Assembly: GCA_000002445.1 (NCBI GenBank)
Contig: CP000067.1
Coordinates: forward strand, 64,001-128,000
DNA: 64,000 bases
Direction: 5' to 3'
From: Trypanosoma brucei
Lineage: Eukaryota
The notes under the pieces are model-generated. The model had not been told where the DNA came from, ran no database searches, and was given only the letters and a program-made list of their open reading frames with translations. This document shows positions 1 through 12,575 of this stretch, one piece after another. The position numbers and the translations under genes are program-made. Numbering within the stretch: the stretch's first letter is position 1; each line of letters starts with the position of its first letter.

Positions 1-1710
1 TGTTTCCTTTTACTTTCTCTCAGAGTCAAACTAATTAATTAATTACTAATAACTTCCTCCAAAGATATTGCTTCTATTTTCTTGGATCAACGAGCAGCGT
101 AACACCGGAGTATTGAAATGAAGAGTCACAGTTCAAAGAATATAAAACACAGAATAAATAGACAGAGACTCGCACCTTCACAATTGGTTGCATTTGGATA
201 CATCAAACATATTTTTTCGCCTCCTTGTGTTTTTTTGGACGTGGGAGGGGTAAATGCAAAATGCAAAATGTATCAAGTTGACGAGTAGCAGAAATACAAC
301 ACTTGATATAATTTCACTTACATATAAGCTTTCGTTTCCCACTTTATTCTAATTCATAATATTTTGATAGCAATGTAATGCAGTATTCAGCCATAAACAT
401 TTTAGCCATAAATATAGTAACTAATGTGTGAATGGTAGCCCATGGCGATACATTCCATATGAAACAATACCACATTGTTAAATATATACATGGAATTAAA
501 ACTATAGCACTAAATTGAAAATGAAAAATTAAAAGAGAAAAAGATATGAATTATCAAAAGAGGCATATTCTTCACTAACATGCATTTGTTTCAATACAAT
601 CATAATTTGAAATTACTTTAAATGATAAGTGGCCCAATGTCCTGAAATGACACAATAACAATGATTTCATTATAGCACCTGTAAAATAATGATATGCAAT
701 AAAGTAAATAATAAAAATAAATAAAAATACAGCAAGCACTGCAGAATATATTTTACTGCTATAACCATTTGCCAACAGATGAATAGCTTTGCTCATTGGA
801 AGAAAATAATTAAATTCAAACTTCCTATGATTCTGCCAGTGTTAGTGAGCTACGTGTGGGACTCAAAAAACACAAAAGTTTATTTTAAATAAACATGAAG
901 AAAAGAAAAACTTCTCATGAAACCATAAGGGTACCCCTGTGAGTTATGTGCTGCTGTAAAACATAGTTAACTTCACAACCCTTAAGAAAGAGAGAAATAA
1001 TAAAAGTAAAATGTAAACAAAAATAAAGGTAAGATATATAATACACTTATGCTTAACTAAATGTAACATGTCATACGTAAAGGTGATAAAATAATAATCA
1101 CAATGTAATGTTATCAATGCTTTCCTTCACAAACAAAAACTGTCACATCTCAATGTGTTCTTCCAAATTAATATAAAGGAACCAGCTGTGTTTGTATAAT
1201 ATTCTACAATGTCATTTGGCATTGTCCAATGCTCACTCAAAAAACTCCTTCGTTTTGTTGCGATGTAGCTGTTTTCAGTTGTGCTCTTTTTTTATTTTAT
1301 TTTTTAACATACAACTATGGGTTTCCGTAATCCTCTCAATATTGCTGCAGTTCCCATCATTAAAAAAAAACAAAAGAAATCCATCAAAATAGCGTAACTG
1401 GAGTATAAGATGTTGTAGAGAACAATGTATTTATTTTGAGTAATGGAACTCTGTGAGGTCGAAGACAATAATCCGAAACGATTGAACCGAAACTTTCATT
1501 GCCCCATGCCTGTAAAATAATAATTTAATTGCTCAACGCATATTCTCATCCTGCAGTAAGTAGTTCAAACAATTTCGTACACACATGAAACACTGGAAGG
1601 AAAAGAAAACATATACATTGCATAAACCTTTACTAAATGAAAATACTATTTTTGGTATCGAGTTCACCAAGTGTTGCAGAGCCACATTTCACTAACATGC
1701 TAAAGCATAA

Positions 1711-3384
1711 TTAATTCATCATCATATTTCTGATCATAAGCGATAGGGCTTGACATTTGTATGATTCGACTCCTCCAACATTTCCTTTTACTCTTACAAT
1801 CTTCACCAACTTGTTCATAACTTCATCGTTCCGCCAGTCAGCCGTGTGTTCAATAATATCATTATAGCAATATTTATCAGATTTCTTCATAGCTCTCAAC
1901 GCATCATACACACTTTTCAGATGCCACTCATAACAACCTAAACCAAATATATAACGAGGCAGCGGTCCAATTAAATTAATGCGTCCCTCCACTATTTTCC
2001 ACTCATCTTCAATTTCTCTCTTCAATTCGTATCTTCTTCTGTTGGACACCTTTTCTCCTGTATGTATTGACAGCTTTTTCCATGCCATAAATGCCTTCAT
2101 GTCACGCACATCATCGCAGTTTATAATAATATGGTGGCCTCCCTTATTTGCACTCCACTCATCAAAATGGGCACTTTTAGGGAAAGTGAGGAAAGTTACA
2201 CTCCAAACATCAGAGGGAAGTTGAGTGTATAGTTCCTCCATTGCATACCTTGTGTCCATAACAATGTGCCCTTTGCTTTCAGATTTCATTTTATTTATGG
2301 CAGCAACGGCAGACTCCCAGCGTTTGTATTCATCAACAGTCCCTCTTCCCTCACCCTCTCGGTTGTATATCAGGAAGGCAGCATCCTCCAAGAAATATGC
2401 AACAACATCAAGCATTCCTTCATTGAAGTGAAGCAGTGAATAAAATAAAAATGATCCAAGGCCACATGTTTTACCAATTCCAGACGTGCCAATAATAATA
2501 TGTATTGGTGGACCCTCAGCTGTTGCTTCCATCCACCATGCTTTCAGACCTCGTTGGATTATATACCACACGCGCATAATTTCACGACGGATATATACAT
2601 GCTTGCAAATTGTCTTGCATCTCTCAGTGTAACCCAATACAAACCTGTTGTATGGCCAACCCTTCTCCGACGTAAGAACAAAAATCTCCAAACCATTGGA
2701 TCCTTCCTTTACTCTTGCATCAAAATCGGCAGTTTTAGGAGTTATATTCAATTCTGCCTCCGTCCATATGCGCTGCGGCCTTCCATCGAATACCTTCATT
2801 CCAAGTGGCTCCGCATCATAACCCGACATCACATAACTCCATTTCGCATTGTAAAAAGAATCGTAAACATCTCGACAACTTTTGACAGAAACACGCGGCA
2901 GAAACCATACTTCTGATTCCGTGACAGCATGTTGTACTGCATTCAACCTTCCCCTTGCTACGGGGCTAATGGAGTTTTTCACCTCTGGAGTTGCACCGTT
3001 CACCCAATCGCTGATGGTAAAAATTTTTTCCTCTTTAAGGTAGTTTATCCACATTTCTGTTTCAGGCAGTTTCTCAACAATCCTTTTGTACTCCCTGAAC
3101 TCATAAAGCCCCTGTATATCCTCAAGAATCTCGGCATCCTTAATATAATCTTCAGGATTCTTAACAAACGTTTCCATTGACACATTCACTGTGTTATACG
3201 TGTTTGAGAAGCATTGATTCAAAAAGTCATGCAGATTCATTTTGGGCAATGTCGCATATTCTTCCAGCAAAAAATCCCTCACTGTACTGTTCATTTTCCA
3301 ATCAGAAAATCTTTTATATCTCTGCGGCATCTGTGGAGGCTGAGCAGGAGGAGGTGCTACATGTTCATCCCGTGGCCTCCTCAT
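1711..3384 (-). CDS. RHS-like P-loop NTPase family protein, array copy 1. The track ORF 1711..3408 begins at a GTG. The first in-frame ATG is at 3382..3384.
   Basis: 1.7 kb minus-strand ORF with a Walker-A-like motif IIIGTSGIGKTCGLGSFLFYSLLH. From memory this resembles the GTPGIGKS...LLYxLLH motif of trypanosome retrotransposon hot spot proteins. The position corresponding to the copy-3 ATG reads GTA here. Confidence 0.55.
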   Translation of the reverse strand: MRRPRDEHVAPPPAQPPQMPQRYKRFSDWKMNSTVRDFLLEEYATLPKMNLHDFLNQCFSNTYNTVNVSMETFVKNPEDYIKDAEILEDIQGLYEFREYKRIVEKLPETEMWINYLKEEKIFTISDWVNGATPEVKNSISPVARGRLNAVQHAVTESEVWFLPRVSVKSCRDVYDSFYNAKWSYVMSGYDAEPLGMKVFDGRPQRIWTEAELNITPKTADFDARVKEGSNGLEIFVLTSEKGWPYNRFVLGYTERCKTICKHVYIRREIMRVWYIIQRGLKAWWMEATAEGPPIHIIIGTSGIGKTCGLGSFLFYSLLHFNEGMLDVVAYFLEDAAFLIYNREGEGRGTVDEYKRWESAVAAINKMKSESKGHIVMDTRYAMEELYTQLPSDVWSVTFLTFPKSAHFDEWSANKGGHHIIINCDDVRDMKAFMAWKKLSIHTGEKVSNRRRYELKREIEDEWKIVEGRINLIGPLPRYIFGLGCYEWHLKSVYDALRAMKKSDKYCYNDIIEHTADWRNDEVMNKLVKIVRVKGNVGGVESYKCQALSLMIRNMMMN

Positions 3385-6300
3385 GGGCCCTTCAATGTTA
3401 TTTGGCACTTGTGGGTTTGCGTTATTTCCTTGTGGAGCTGCGTGGCTATTGGCTCTTGATACAACTATTTTAACAACCGTTATTAACTTAACTATCTTTT
3501 CTTAACTTTACTTTTTTAACTGAAATTATAAATAGCTGAAGTAAAGCAGCCGATGAGGAAACAAAAGTGTGTGAATTGTGTAACATAATATCAAAAGTAA
3601 TATAGCAAGATAATATTTATTTACCGCTGTTTGCATAATATGATATCATAATGTATTTGATATTAAGGAAAACAATTTCAAAATATAGTAGCTGTTAATA
3701 AATATTTCCCTTACTTCATTATCATGTGCCAAATATAATTAATTTCATGTATCATTTCTTTTTAAACAACGAATAATATGGAAACAAAAAATATTACTGC
3801 CTCATACACCTGAATAAACACTTTGTATAGAGTTGACAGTTATGAAAGGTCAAATTCTATTAATTAAAATCATTTTTTAAAAATAAACAATAAGCAGAAA
3901 TATATATGGATATTAATGAAAGGGGAAAAGAATATCGGCACGAGGTATGGATATACACACATTAGTACAGACACATGAATACACAACTGTTTTCCTGCTA
4001 TTTCCTCCTTTCTGCCAATACGGGGCATTCAGTTGTATTGAAGGAACTCGTTGAAATATAAATCATTTTTCTAACCCATATACTTACCACCGGAATAACG
4101 TATTGAATAATCTCTGTAGAATATTTATGGAATTGATTATTCTTTTTTCCCCTTTTATAACGTGGAATGCTGATGCAGCTCTTGGTAGTGTTTCACCAGC
4201 AGTCTTCATTGAGATTCCATGCGGTGTCGTAGCATTGTGAGGAGAGTTCTGGGCAGAGGAGACCCGGGTTCCTCAATGTTGGATTCAGTGTGGGGCCGAC
4301 ATTGGCTCACGATAGGACTCATGAAGGAGCTTGTGAGAGTTCTCTTTTCATGCGCAATCCGAAAGAGTAGAGGACAATGAATTTATGTCTCCGGTAAAAG
4401 AGAGGTTCATCACGTTGTTCACTATATTTGCTTCCGCCTCGTTCATTTAGTGGTTGTTGTGACCCTTTTTTCTGGGGTGGGGGATTTCTGTCCCTCTTTT
4501 CCTCAATGCTACCGCTTTGTCTCGAGTTTTGTGTGTCTGCTTTTGTGCCTTGGTGAAACTCAAAAGAAACGCTAGCGAAAGGCTCACAGAAGGTAATAAA
4601 TATATTTGTAGAAATAATCCAATAATGGACCTCTTTTGAGGAATGGTGAGTGAGAAAAATGGTGCAAAAAAACATTGAAAATTTATGCCACATGGACAAG
4701 TGCTTTATAATGTTCCCACTGTGTGGAAATATGGAATATATAAGGAACATATGAGAGGCAGTGAATATTTATAGAACAAACGGAATATATGGAGAACAAG
4801 AAACGTAGGGAATATATCAAATGTATGGTATATATGGAATGTATGAGAGGCAAAAAGTATGGAAAAACTTTGTTAATTGAATATACATTCATGTATTCTC
4901 AGGTGCTGGATGTGTTTGTGCGTGTATTTGTATGTATGTGTTCTCTGCTTTATATATCACTAAATATTTTACACATTTCATTTTACTTTGCGTATGCTAA
5001 TAGCTTGTTTTTCCTTGCATCAATTCATGGAAATATCTATTAGAGAAATAATAATTTACTTTTTCTCTTTCTTTCCCGCTAATGTTTCACCGCCTATTTT
5101 CATTCCTTATAAATACTGTAAATTTCTTTTGTTACTGTAACTATTTCCAAAAAAAATGTAAGGGAGACACTTTAAGGATTACATATCATAATATCTCTAA
5201 ACTCCTTCTATGTTATGTTAAGTTACTAATATTTTCATTCCCATTAATTTTATTCAGCAGAACATACAAAACACCCTCAAAAGTCCTTCCTTCCTTTCTT
5301 TATTTTTTTTTTGAAATCATAATATATCTTGTGGAATATACAAATATATAATAACCATAAATGTGTTATATATCATCAAAACATCAGCAGCTTCACGACA
5401 TAATTGTGTCCTTCAATAAGCAGTGGCTGTGTTTTCTTTTATTTTATCTCAGAGTCAAACTAATTAATTAATTACTAACAGCATCCTCCAAAAATGTTTC
5501 TTCTATTTTCTTGGATCACTCAGCAGCGTAACACCGGAGTATTGAAATAAAGAGTCACAGTTCAAAGAATATAAAACAGTAAAAAAATAAACAGAGGCTC
5601 GCACCTTCACAATTGGTTGCATTTGGATATATCAAACATATTTTTTCGCCTCCTTGTGTTTTTTTGGACGTGGGAGGGGTAAATGCAAAATGCAAAATGT
5701 ATCAAGTTGACGAGTAGCAGAAATACACCACATGATATAATTTCACTTACATGCAAGCTTTCTTTTACAACTTTATTCCAATTCATAATATTTAGATAGC
5801 AATGTAATGGAGCATTCAGCCATAAACATTTTAACCATAAATATAGTAACTAATGTGTGAATGGTAACCCATGGTGATACATTCCATATGGAACAATACC
5901 ACATTGTTAAATATACGCATGGAATTAAAACTATAGCACTAAATTGAAAATGAAAAATTAGAAGAGAGAAAGTTATGAATTATCAAAAGAGGCATATTCT
6001 TCACTAACATGCATTTGTTTCAATACAATCATAATTTGAAATTACTTTAAATGATAAGTGGCCCAATGTCCTGAAATGACACAATAACAATGATTTCATT
6101 ATAGCACCTGTAAAATAATGATATGCAATAAAGTAAATAATATAAATAAATAAAAATACAGCAAGCACTGCAGAATATATTTTACTGCTATAACCATTTG
6201 CCAACAGATGAATAGCTTTGCTCATTGGAAGAAAATAATTAAATTCAAACTTCCTATGACTATGCCAGTGTTAATGAGCTACGTGTGGGACTCAAAAAAA

Positions 6301-7145
6301 AAACAAAAAGTTTATTTTAAATAAACATGAAGAAAAGAAAAACTTCTCATGAAACCATAAGGGTATCCGTGTGAGTTATGTGCTGCTGTCAAACATAGTT
6401 AACTTCACAACCCTTAAGAAAGAGAGAAATAATAAAAGTAAAATGTAAACAAAAATAAAGGTAAGATATATAATACACTTATGCTTAACTAAATGTAACA
6501 TGTCATACGTAAAGGTGATAAAATAATAATCACAATGTAATGTTATCAATGCTTTCCTTCGCAAACGAAAACTGTCACATCTCAATGTGTTCTTTCAAAT
6601 TAATATAAAGGAACCAGCTGTGTTTGTATAATATTCTACAATGTCATTTGGTGTTGTCCAATGCTCACTCAAAAAACTCCTTCGTTTTGTTGCGATGTAG
6701 CTGTTGACAGTGTTGTGCTCTTTTTCTTTTTTATTTTTTAACATACAACTATGGGTTTCCGTAATCCTCTCAATATTGTTGCAGTTCCCATCATTAAAAA
6801 AAAAACAAAAGAAATCCATCAAAATAGCGTAACTGGAGTATAAGATGTTGTAGAGCACAATGTATTTATTTTGAGTAATGGAACTCTGTGAGGTCGAAGA
6901 CAATAATCCTAAACGATTGAACCGAAACTTTCATTGCCCCATGCCTGTAAAATAATAATTTAATTGCTCAACGCATATTCTCATCCTGCAGTAAGTAGTT
7001 CAAACAATTTCGTACACACATGAAACACTGGAAGGAAAAGAAAACATATACATTGCATAAACCTTTACTAAATGAAAATACTATTTTTGGTATCGAGTTC
7101 ACCAAGTGTTGCAGAGCCACATTTCACTAACATGCTAAAGCATAA

Positions 7146-8819
7146 TTAATTCATCATCATATTTCTGATCATCAGTGATAGGGCTTGACATTTGTATGAT
7201 TCGACTCCTCCAACATTTCCTTTTACTCTTACAATCTTCACCAACTTGTTCATAACTTCATCGTTCCGCCAGTCAGCCGTGTGTTCAATAATATCATTAT
7301 AGCAATATTTATCAGATTTCTTCATAGCTCTCAACGCATCATACACACTTTTCAGATGCCACTCATAACAACCTAAACCAAATATATAACGAGGCAGCGG
7401 TCCAATTAAATTAATGCGTCCCTCCACTATTTTCCACTCATCTTCAATTTCTCTCTTCAATTCGTATCTTCTTCTGTTGGACACCTTTTCTCCTGTATGT
7501 ATTGACAGCTTTTTCCATGCCATAAATGCCTTCATGTCACGCACATCATCGCAGTTTATAATAATATGGTGGCCTCCCTTATTTGCACTCCACTCATCAA
7601 AATGGGCACTTTTAGGGAAAGTGAGGAAAGTTACACTCCAAACATCAGAGGGAAGTTGAGTGTATAGTTCCTCCATTGCATACCTTGTGTCCATAACAAT
7701 GTGCCCTTTGCTTTCAGATTTCATTTTATTTATGGCAGCAACGGCAGACTCCCAGCGTTTGTATTCATCAACAGTCCCTCTTCCCTCACCCTCTCGGTTG
7801 TATATCAGGAAGGCAGCATCCTCCAAGAAATATGCAACAACATCAAGCATTCCTTCATTGAAGTGAAGCAGTGAATAAAATAAAAATGATCCAAGGCCAC
7901 ATGTTTTACCAATTCCAGACGTGCCAATAATAATATGTATTGGTGGACCCTCAGCTGTTGCTTCCATCCACCATGCTTTCAGACCTCGTTGGATTATATA
8001 CCACACGCGCATAATTTCACGACGGATATATACATGCTTGCAAATTGTCTTGCATCTCTCAGTGTAACCCAATACAAACCTGTTGTATGGCCAACCCTTC
8101 TCCGACGTAAGAACAAAAATCTCCAAACCATTGGATCCTTCCTTTACTCTTGCATCAACATCGGCAGTTTTAGGAGTTATATTCAATTCTGCCTCCGTCC
8201 ATATGCGCTGCGGCCTTCCATCGAATACCTTCATTCCAAGTGGCTCCGCATCATAACCCGACATCACATAACTCCATTTCGCATTGTAAAAAGAATCGTA
8301 AACATCTCGACAACTTTTGACAGAAACACGCGGCAGAAACCATACTTCTGATTCCGTGACAGCATGTTGTACTGCATTCAACCTTCCCCTTGCTACGGGG
8401 CTAATGGAGTTTTTCACCTCTGGAGTTGCACCGTTCACCCAATCGCTGATGGTAAAAATTTTTTCCTCTTTAAGGTAGTTTATCCACATTTCTGTTTCAG
8501 GCAGTTTCTCAACAATCCTTTTGTACTCCCTGAACTCATAAAGCCCCTGTATATCCTCAAGAATCTCGGCATCCTTAATATAATCTTCAGGATTCTTAAC
8601 AAACGTTTCCATTGACACATTCACTGTGTTATACGTGTTTGAGAAGCATTGATTCAAAAAGTCATGCAGATTCATTTTGGGCAATGTCGCATATTCTTCC
8701 AGCAAAAAATCCCTCACTGTACTGTTCATTTTCCAATCAGAAAATCTTTTATATCTCTGCGGCATCTGTGGAGGCTGAGCAGGAGGAGGTGCTACATGTT
8801 CATCCCGTGGCCTCCTCAT
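7146..8819 (-). CDS. RHS-like P-loop NTPase family protein, array copy 2. The track ORF 7146..8843 starts at GTG. The first ATG is at 8817..8819.
   Basis: Differs from copy 1 by one residue (F->V in TADFDARV). Same P-loop motif. Confidence 0.55.
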   Translation of the reverse strand: MRRPRDEHVAPPPAQPPQMPQRYKRFSDWKMNSTVRDFLLEEYATLPKMNLHDFLNQCFSNTYNTVNVSMETFVKNPEDYIKDAEILEDIQGLYEFREYKRIVEKLPETEMWINYLKEEKIFTISDWVNGATPEVKNSISPVARGRLNAVQHAVTESEVWFLPRVSVKSCRDVYDSFYNAKWSYVMSGYDAEPLGMKVFDGRPQRIWTEAELNITPKTADVDARVKEGSNGLEIFVLTSEKGWPYNRFVLGYTERCKTICKHVYIRREIMRVWYIIQRGLKAWWMEATAEGPPIHIIIGTSGIGKTCGLGSFLFYSLLHFNEGMLDVVAYFLEDAAFLIYNREGEGRGTVDEYKRWESAVAAINKMKSESKGHIVMDTRYAMEELYTQLPSDVWSVTFLTFPKSAHFDEWSANKGGHHIIINCDDVRDMKAFMAWKKLSIHTGEKVSNRRRYELKREIEDEWKIVEGRINLIGPLPRYIFGLGCYEWHLKSVYDALRAMKKSDKYCYNDIIEHTADWRNDEVMNKLVKIVRVKGNVGGVESYKCQALSLMIRNMMMN

Positions 8820-11800
8820 GGGCCCTTCAATGTTATTTGGCACTTGTGGGTTTGCGTTATTTCCTTGTGGAGCTGCGTGGCTATTGGCTCTTGATACAAC
8901 TATTTTAACAACCGTTATTAACTTAACTATCTTTTCTTAACTTTACTTTTTTAACTGAAATTATAAATAGCTGAAGTAAAGCAGCCGATGAGGAAAACAA
9001 AAGTGTGTGAATTGTGTAACATAATATCAAAAGTAATATAGCAAGATAATATTTATTTACCGCTGTTTGCATAATATGATATCATAATGTATTTGATATT
9101 AAGGAAAACAATTTCAAAATATAGTAGCTGTTAATAAATATTTCCCTTACTTCATTATCATGTGCCAAATATAATTAATTTCATGTATCATTTCTTTTTA
9201 AACAACGAATAATATGGAAACAAAAAATATTACTGCCTCATACACCTGAATAAACACTTTGTATAGAGTTGACAGTTATGAAAGGTCAAATTCTATTAAT
9301 TAAAATCATTTTTTAAAAATAAACAATAAGCAGAAATATATATGGATATTAATGAAAGGGGAAAAGAATATCGGCACGAGGTATGGATATACACACATTA
9401 GTACAGACACATGAATACACAACTGTTTTCCTGCTATTTCCTCCTTTCTGCCAATACGGGGCATTCAGTTGTATTGAAGGAACTCGTTGAAATATAAATC
9501 ATTTTTCTAACCCATATACTTACCACCGGAATAACGTATTGAATAATCTCTGTAGAATATTTATGGAATTGATTATTCTTTTTTCCCCTTTTATAACGTG
9601 GAATGCTGATGCAGCTCTTGGTAGTGTTTCACCAGCAGTCTTCATTGAGATTCCATGCGGTGTCGTAGCATTGTGAGGAGAGTTCTGGGCAGAGGAGACC
9701 CGGGTTCCTCAATGTTGGATTCAGTGTGGGGCCGACATTGGCTCACGATAGGACTCATGAAGGAGCTTGTGAGAGTTCTCTTTTCATGCGCAATCCGAAA
9801 GAGTAGAGGACAATGAATTTATGTCTCCGGTAAAAGAGAGGTTCATCACGTTGCTCACTATATTTGCTTCCGCCTCGCTCATTTAGTGGTTGTTGTGACC
9901 CTTTTTTCTGGGGTGGGGGATTTCTGTCCCTCTTTTCCTCAATGCTACCGCTTTGTCTCGAGTTTTGTGTGTCTGCTTTTGTGCCTTGGTGAAACTCAAA
10001 AGAAACGCTAGCGAAAGGCTCACAGAAGTTAATAAATATATTTGTAGAAATAATCCAATAATGGACCTCTTTTGAGGAATGGTGAGTGAAAAAAATGGTG
10101 CAAAAAAACATTGAAAATTTATGCCACATGGACAAGTGCTTTATAATGTTCCCACTGTGTGGAAATATGGAATATATAAGGAACATATGAGAGGCAGTGA
10201 ATATTTATAGAACAAACGGAATATATGGAGAACAAGAAACGTAGGGAATATATCAAATGTATGGTATATATGGAATGTATGAGAGGCAAAAAGTATGGAA
10301 AAACTTTGTTAATTGAATATACATTCATGTATTCTCAGGTGCTGGATGTGTTTGTGCGTGTATTTATATGTATGTGTTCTCTGCTTTATATATCACTAAA
10401 TATTTTACACATTTCATTTTACTTTGCGTATGCTAATAGCTTGTTTTTCCTTGCATCAATTCATGGAAATATCTATTAGAGAAATAATAATTTACTTTTT
10501 CTCTTCCTTTCCCGCTAATGTTTCACCGCCTATTTTCATTCCTTATAAATACTGTAAATTTCTTTTGTTACTGTAACTATTTCCAAAAAAAATGTAAGGG
10601 AGACACTTTAAGGATTACATATCATAATATCTCTAAACTCCTTCTATGTTATGTTAAGTTACTAATATTTTTATTTCCCATTCATTTTATTCAGCAGAAC
10701 ATACAAAACACCCTCAAAAGTCCTTCCTTCCTTTCTTTATTTTTTTTTGAAATCATAATATATCTTGTGGAATATACAAATATATAATAACCATAAATGT
10801 GTTATATATCATCAAAACATCAGAAGCTTCACGACATAATTGTGTCCTTCAATAAGCAGTGGCTGTGTTTTCTTTTATTTTATCTCAGAGTCAAACTAAT
10901 TAATTAATTACTAACAGCATCCTCCAAAGATGTTTCTTCTATTTTCTTGGATCACTCAGCAGCGTAACACCGGAGTATTGAAATAAAGAGTCACAGTTCA
11001 AAGAAAATAAAACAGTAAAAAAAATAAACAGAGGCTCGCACCTTCACAATTGGTTGCATTTGGATATATCAAACGCATTTATACACTTGCATTCCTTGTG
11101 TTTCTTTTTTGGGGGGGAGGGTAAATGCAAAATGTATCAAGTTGACGAGTAGAAGAAATACACCACATGATATAATTTCACTTACATACAAGCTTTCTTT
11201 TCCCACTTTATTCTAATTCATAATATTTAGATAGCAATGTAATGGAGCATTCAGCCATAAACATTTTAACCATAAATATAGTAACTAATGTGTGAATGGT
11301 AACCCATTGCGATACATTCCATATGGAACAATACCACATTGTTAAATATACGCATGGAATTAAAACTATAGCACTAAATTGAAAATGAAAAATTAGAAGA
11401 GAGAAAGTTATGAATTATCAAGAGAGGCATATTCTTCACTAACATGCACTTGTTTCAATACAATCATAATTTAAAATTAAGTTAAATGATAAGTGGCCCA
11501 ATATCCTGAAACGACACAATAACAATGATTTCATTATAACAACTGTAAAATAATGATATGAAATAAAATAAATAATAAAAATAAATAAAAATACAGCAAG
11601 CACTGCAGAATATATTCTACTGCTATAACCATTTGCCAACAGATGAATAGCTTTGCTCATTGGAAGAAAATAATTAAATTCAAACTTCCTATGATTCTGC
11701 CAGTGTTTGTCGGCTACATGTGGGACTCAAAAAAAACAAAAGTTTATTTTAAATAAACATGAAGAAAAGAAAAACTTCGCATGAAACCATAAGGGTATCC

Positions 11801-12575
11801 GTGTGAGTTATGTGCTGCTGTCAAACATAGTTAACTTCACAACCCTCAAGAAAGAGAGAAATAATAAAAGTAAAATGTAAACAAAAATAAAGTTAAGATA
11901 TATAATACACTTATGCTTAACTAAATGTAACATGTCATACGTAAAGGTGATAAAATAATAATCACAATGTAATGTTATCAATGCTTTCCTTCACAAACGA
12001 AAACTGTCACATCTCAATGTGTTCTTTCAAATTAATATAAAGGAACCAGCTGTGTTTGTATAATATTCTACAATGTCATTTGGTGTTGTCCAATGCTCAC
12101 TCAAAAAACTCCTTCGTTTTGTTGCGATGTAGCTGTTGTCAGTTGTGCTCTTTTTTTATTTTATTTTTTAACATACAACTATGGGTTTCCGTAATCCTCT
12201 CAATATTGCTGCAGTTCCCATCATTAAAAAAAAACAAAAGAAATCCATCAAAATAGCGTAACTGGAGTATAAGATGTTGTAGAGCACAATGTATTTATTT
12301 TGAGTAATGGAACTCTGTGAGGTCGAAGACAATAATCCTAAACGATTGAACCGAAACTTTCATTGCCCCATGCCTGTAAAATAATAATTTAATTGCTCAA
12401 CGCATATTCTCATCCTGCAGTAAGTAGTTCAAACAATTTCGTACACACATGAAACACTCGAAGGAAAAGAAAACATATACATTGCATAAACCTTTACTAA
12501 ATGAAAATACTATTTTTTGGTATCGAGTTCACCATGTGTTACAGAGCCACATTTCACTAACATGCTAAAGCATAA

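Noticed and set aside
575-796. 73-aa hydrophobic ORF present once per array unit (also 6004..6225 and 11439..11660), and the 143-aa ORF in the spacer (4319..4750, 9755..10186).
   Set aside because: They lie in extremely AT-rich spacer. Differences between unit 3 and units 1/2 are almost all non-synonymous (no sign of purifying selection). Their hydrophobicity is what AT-rich DNA yields by chance. Recurrence only reflects the tandem repeat.
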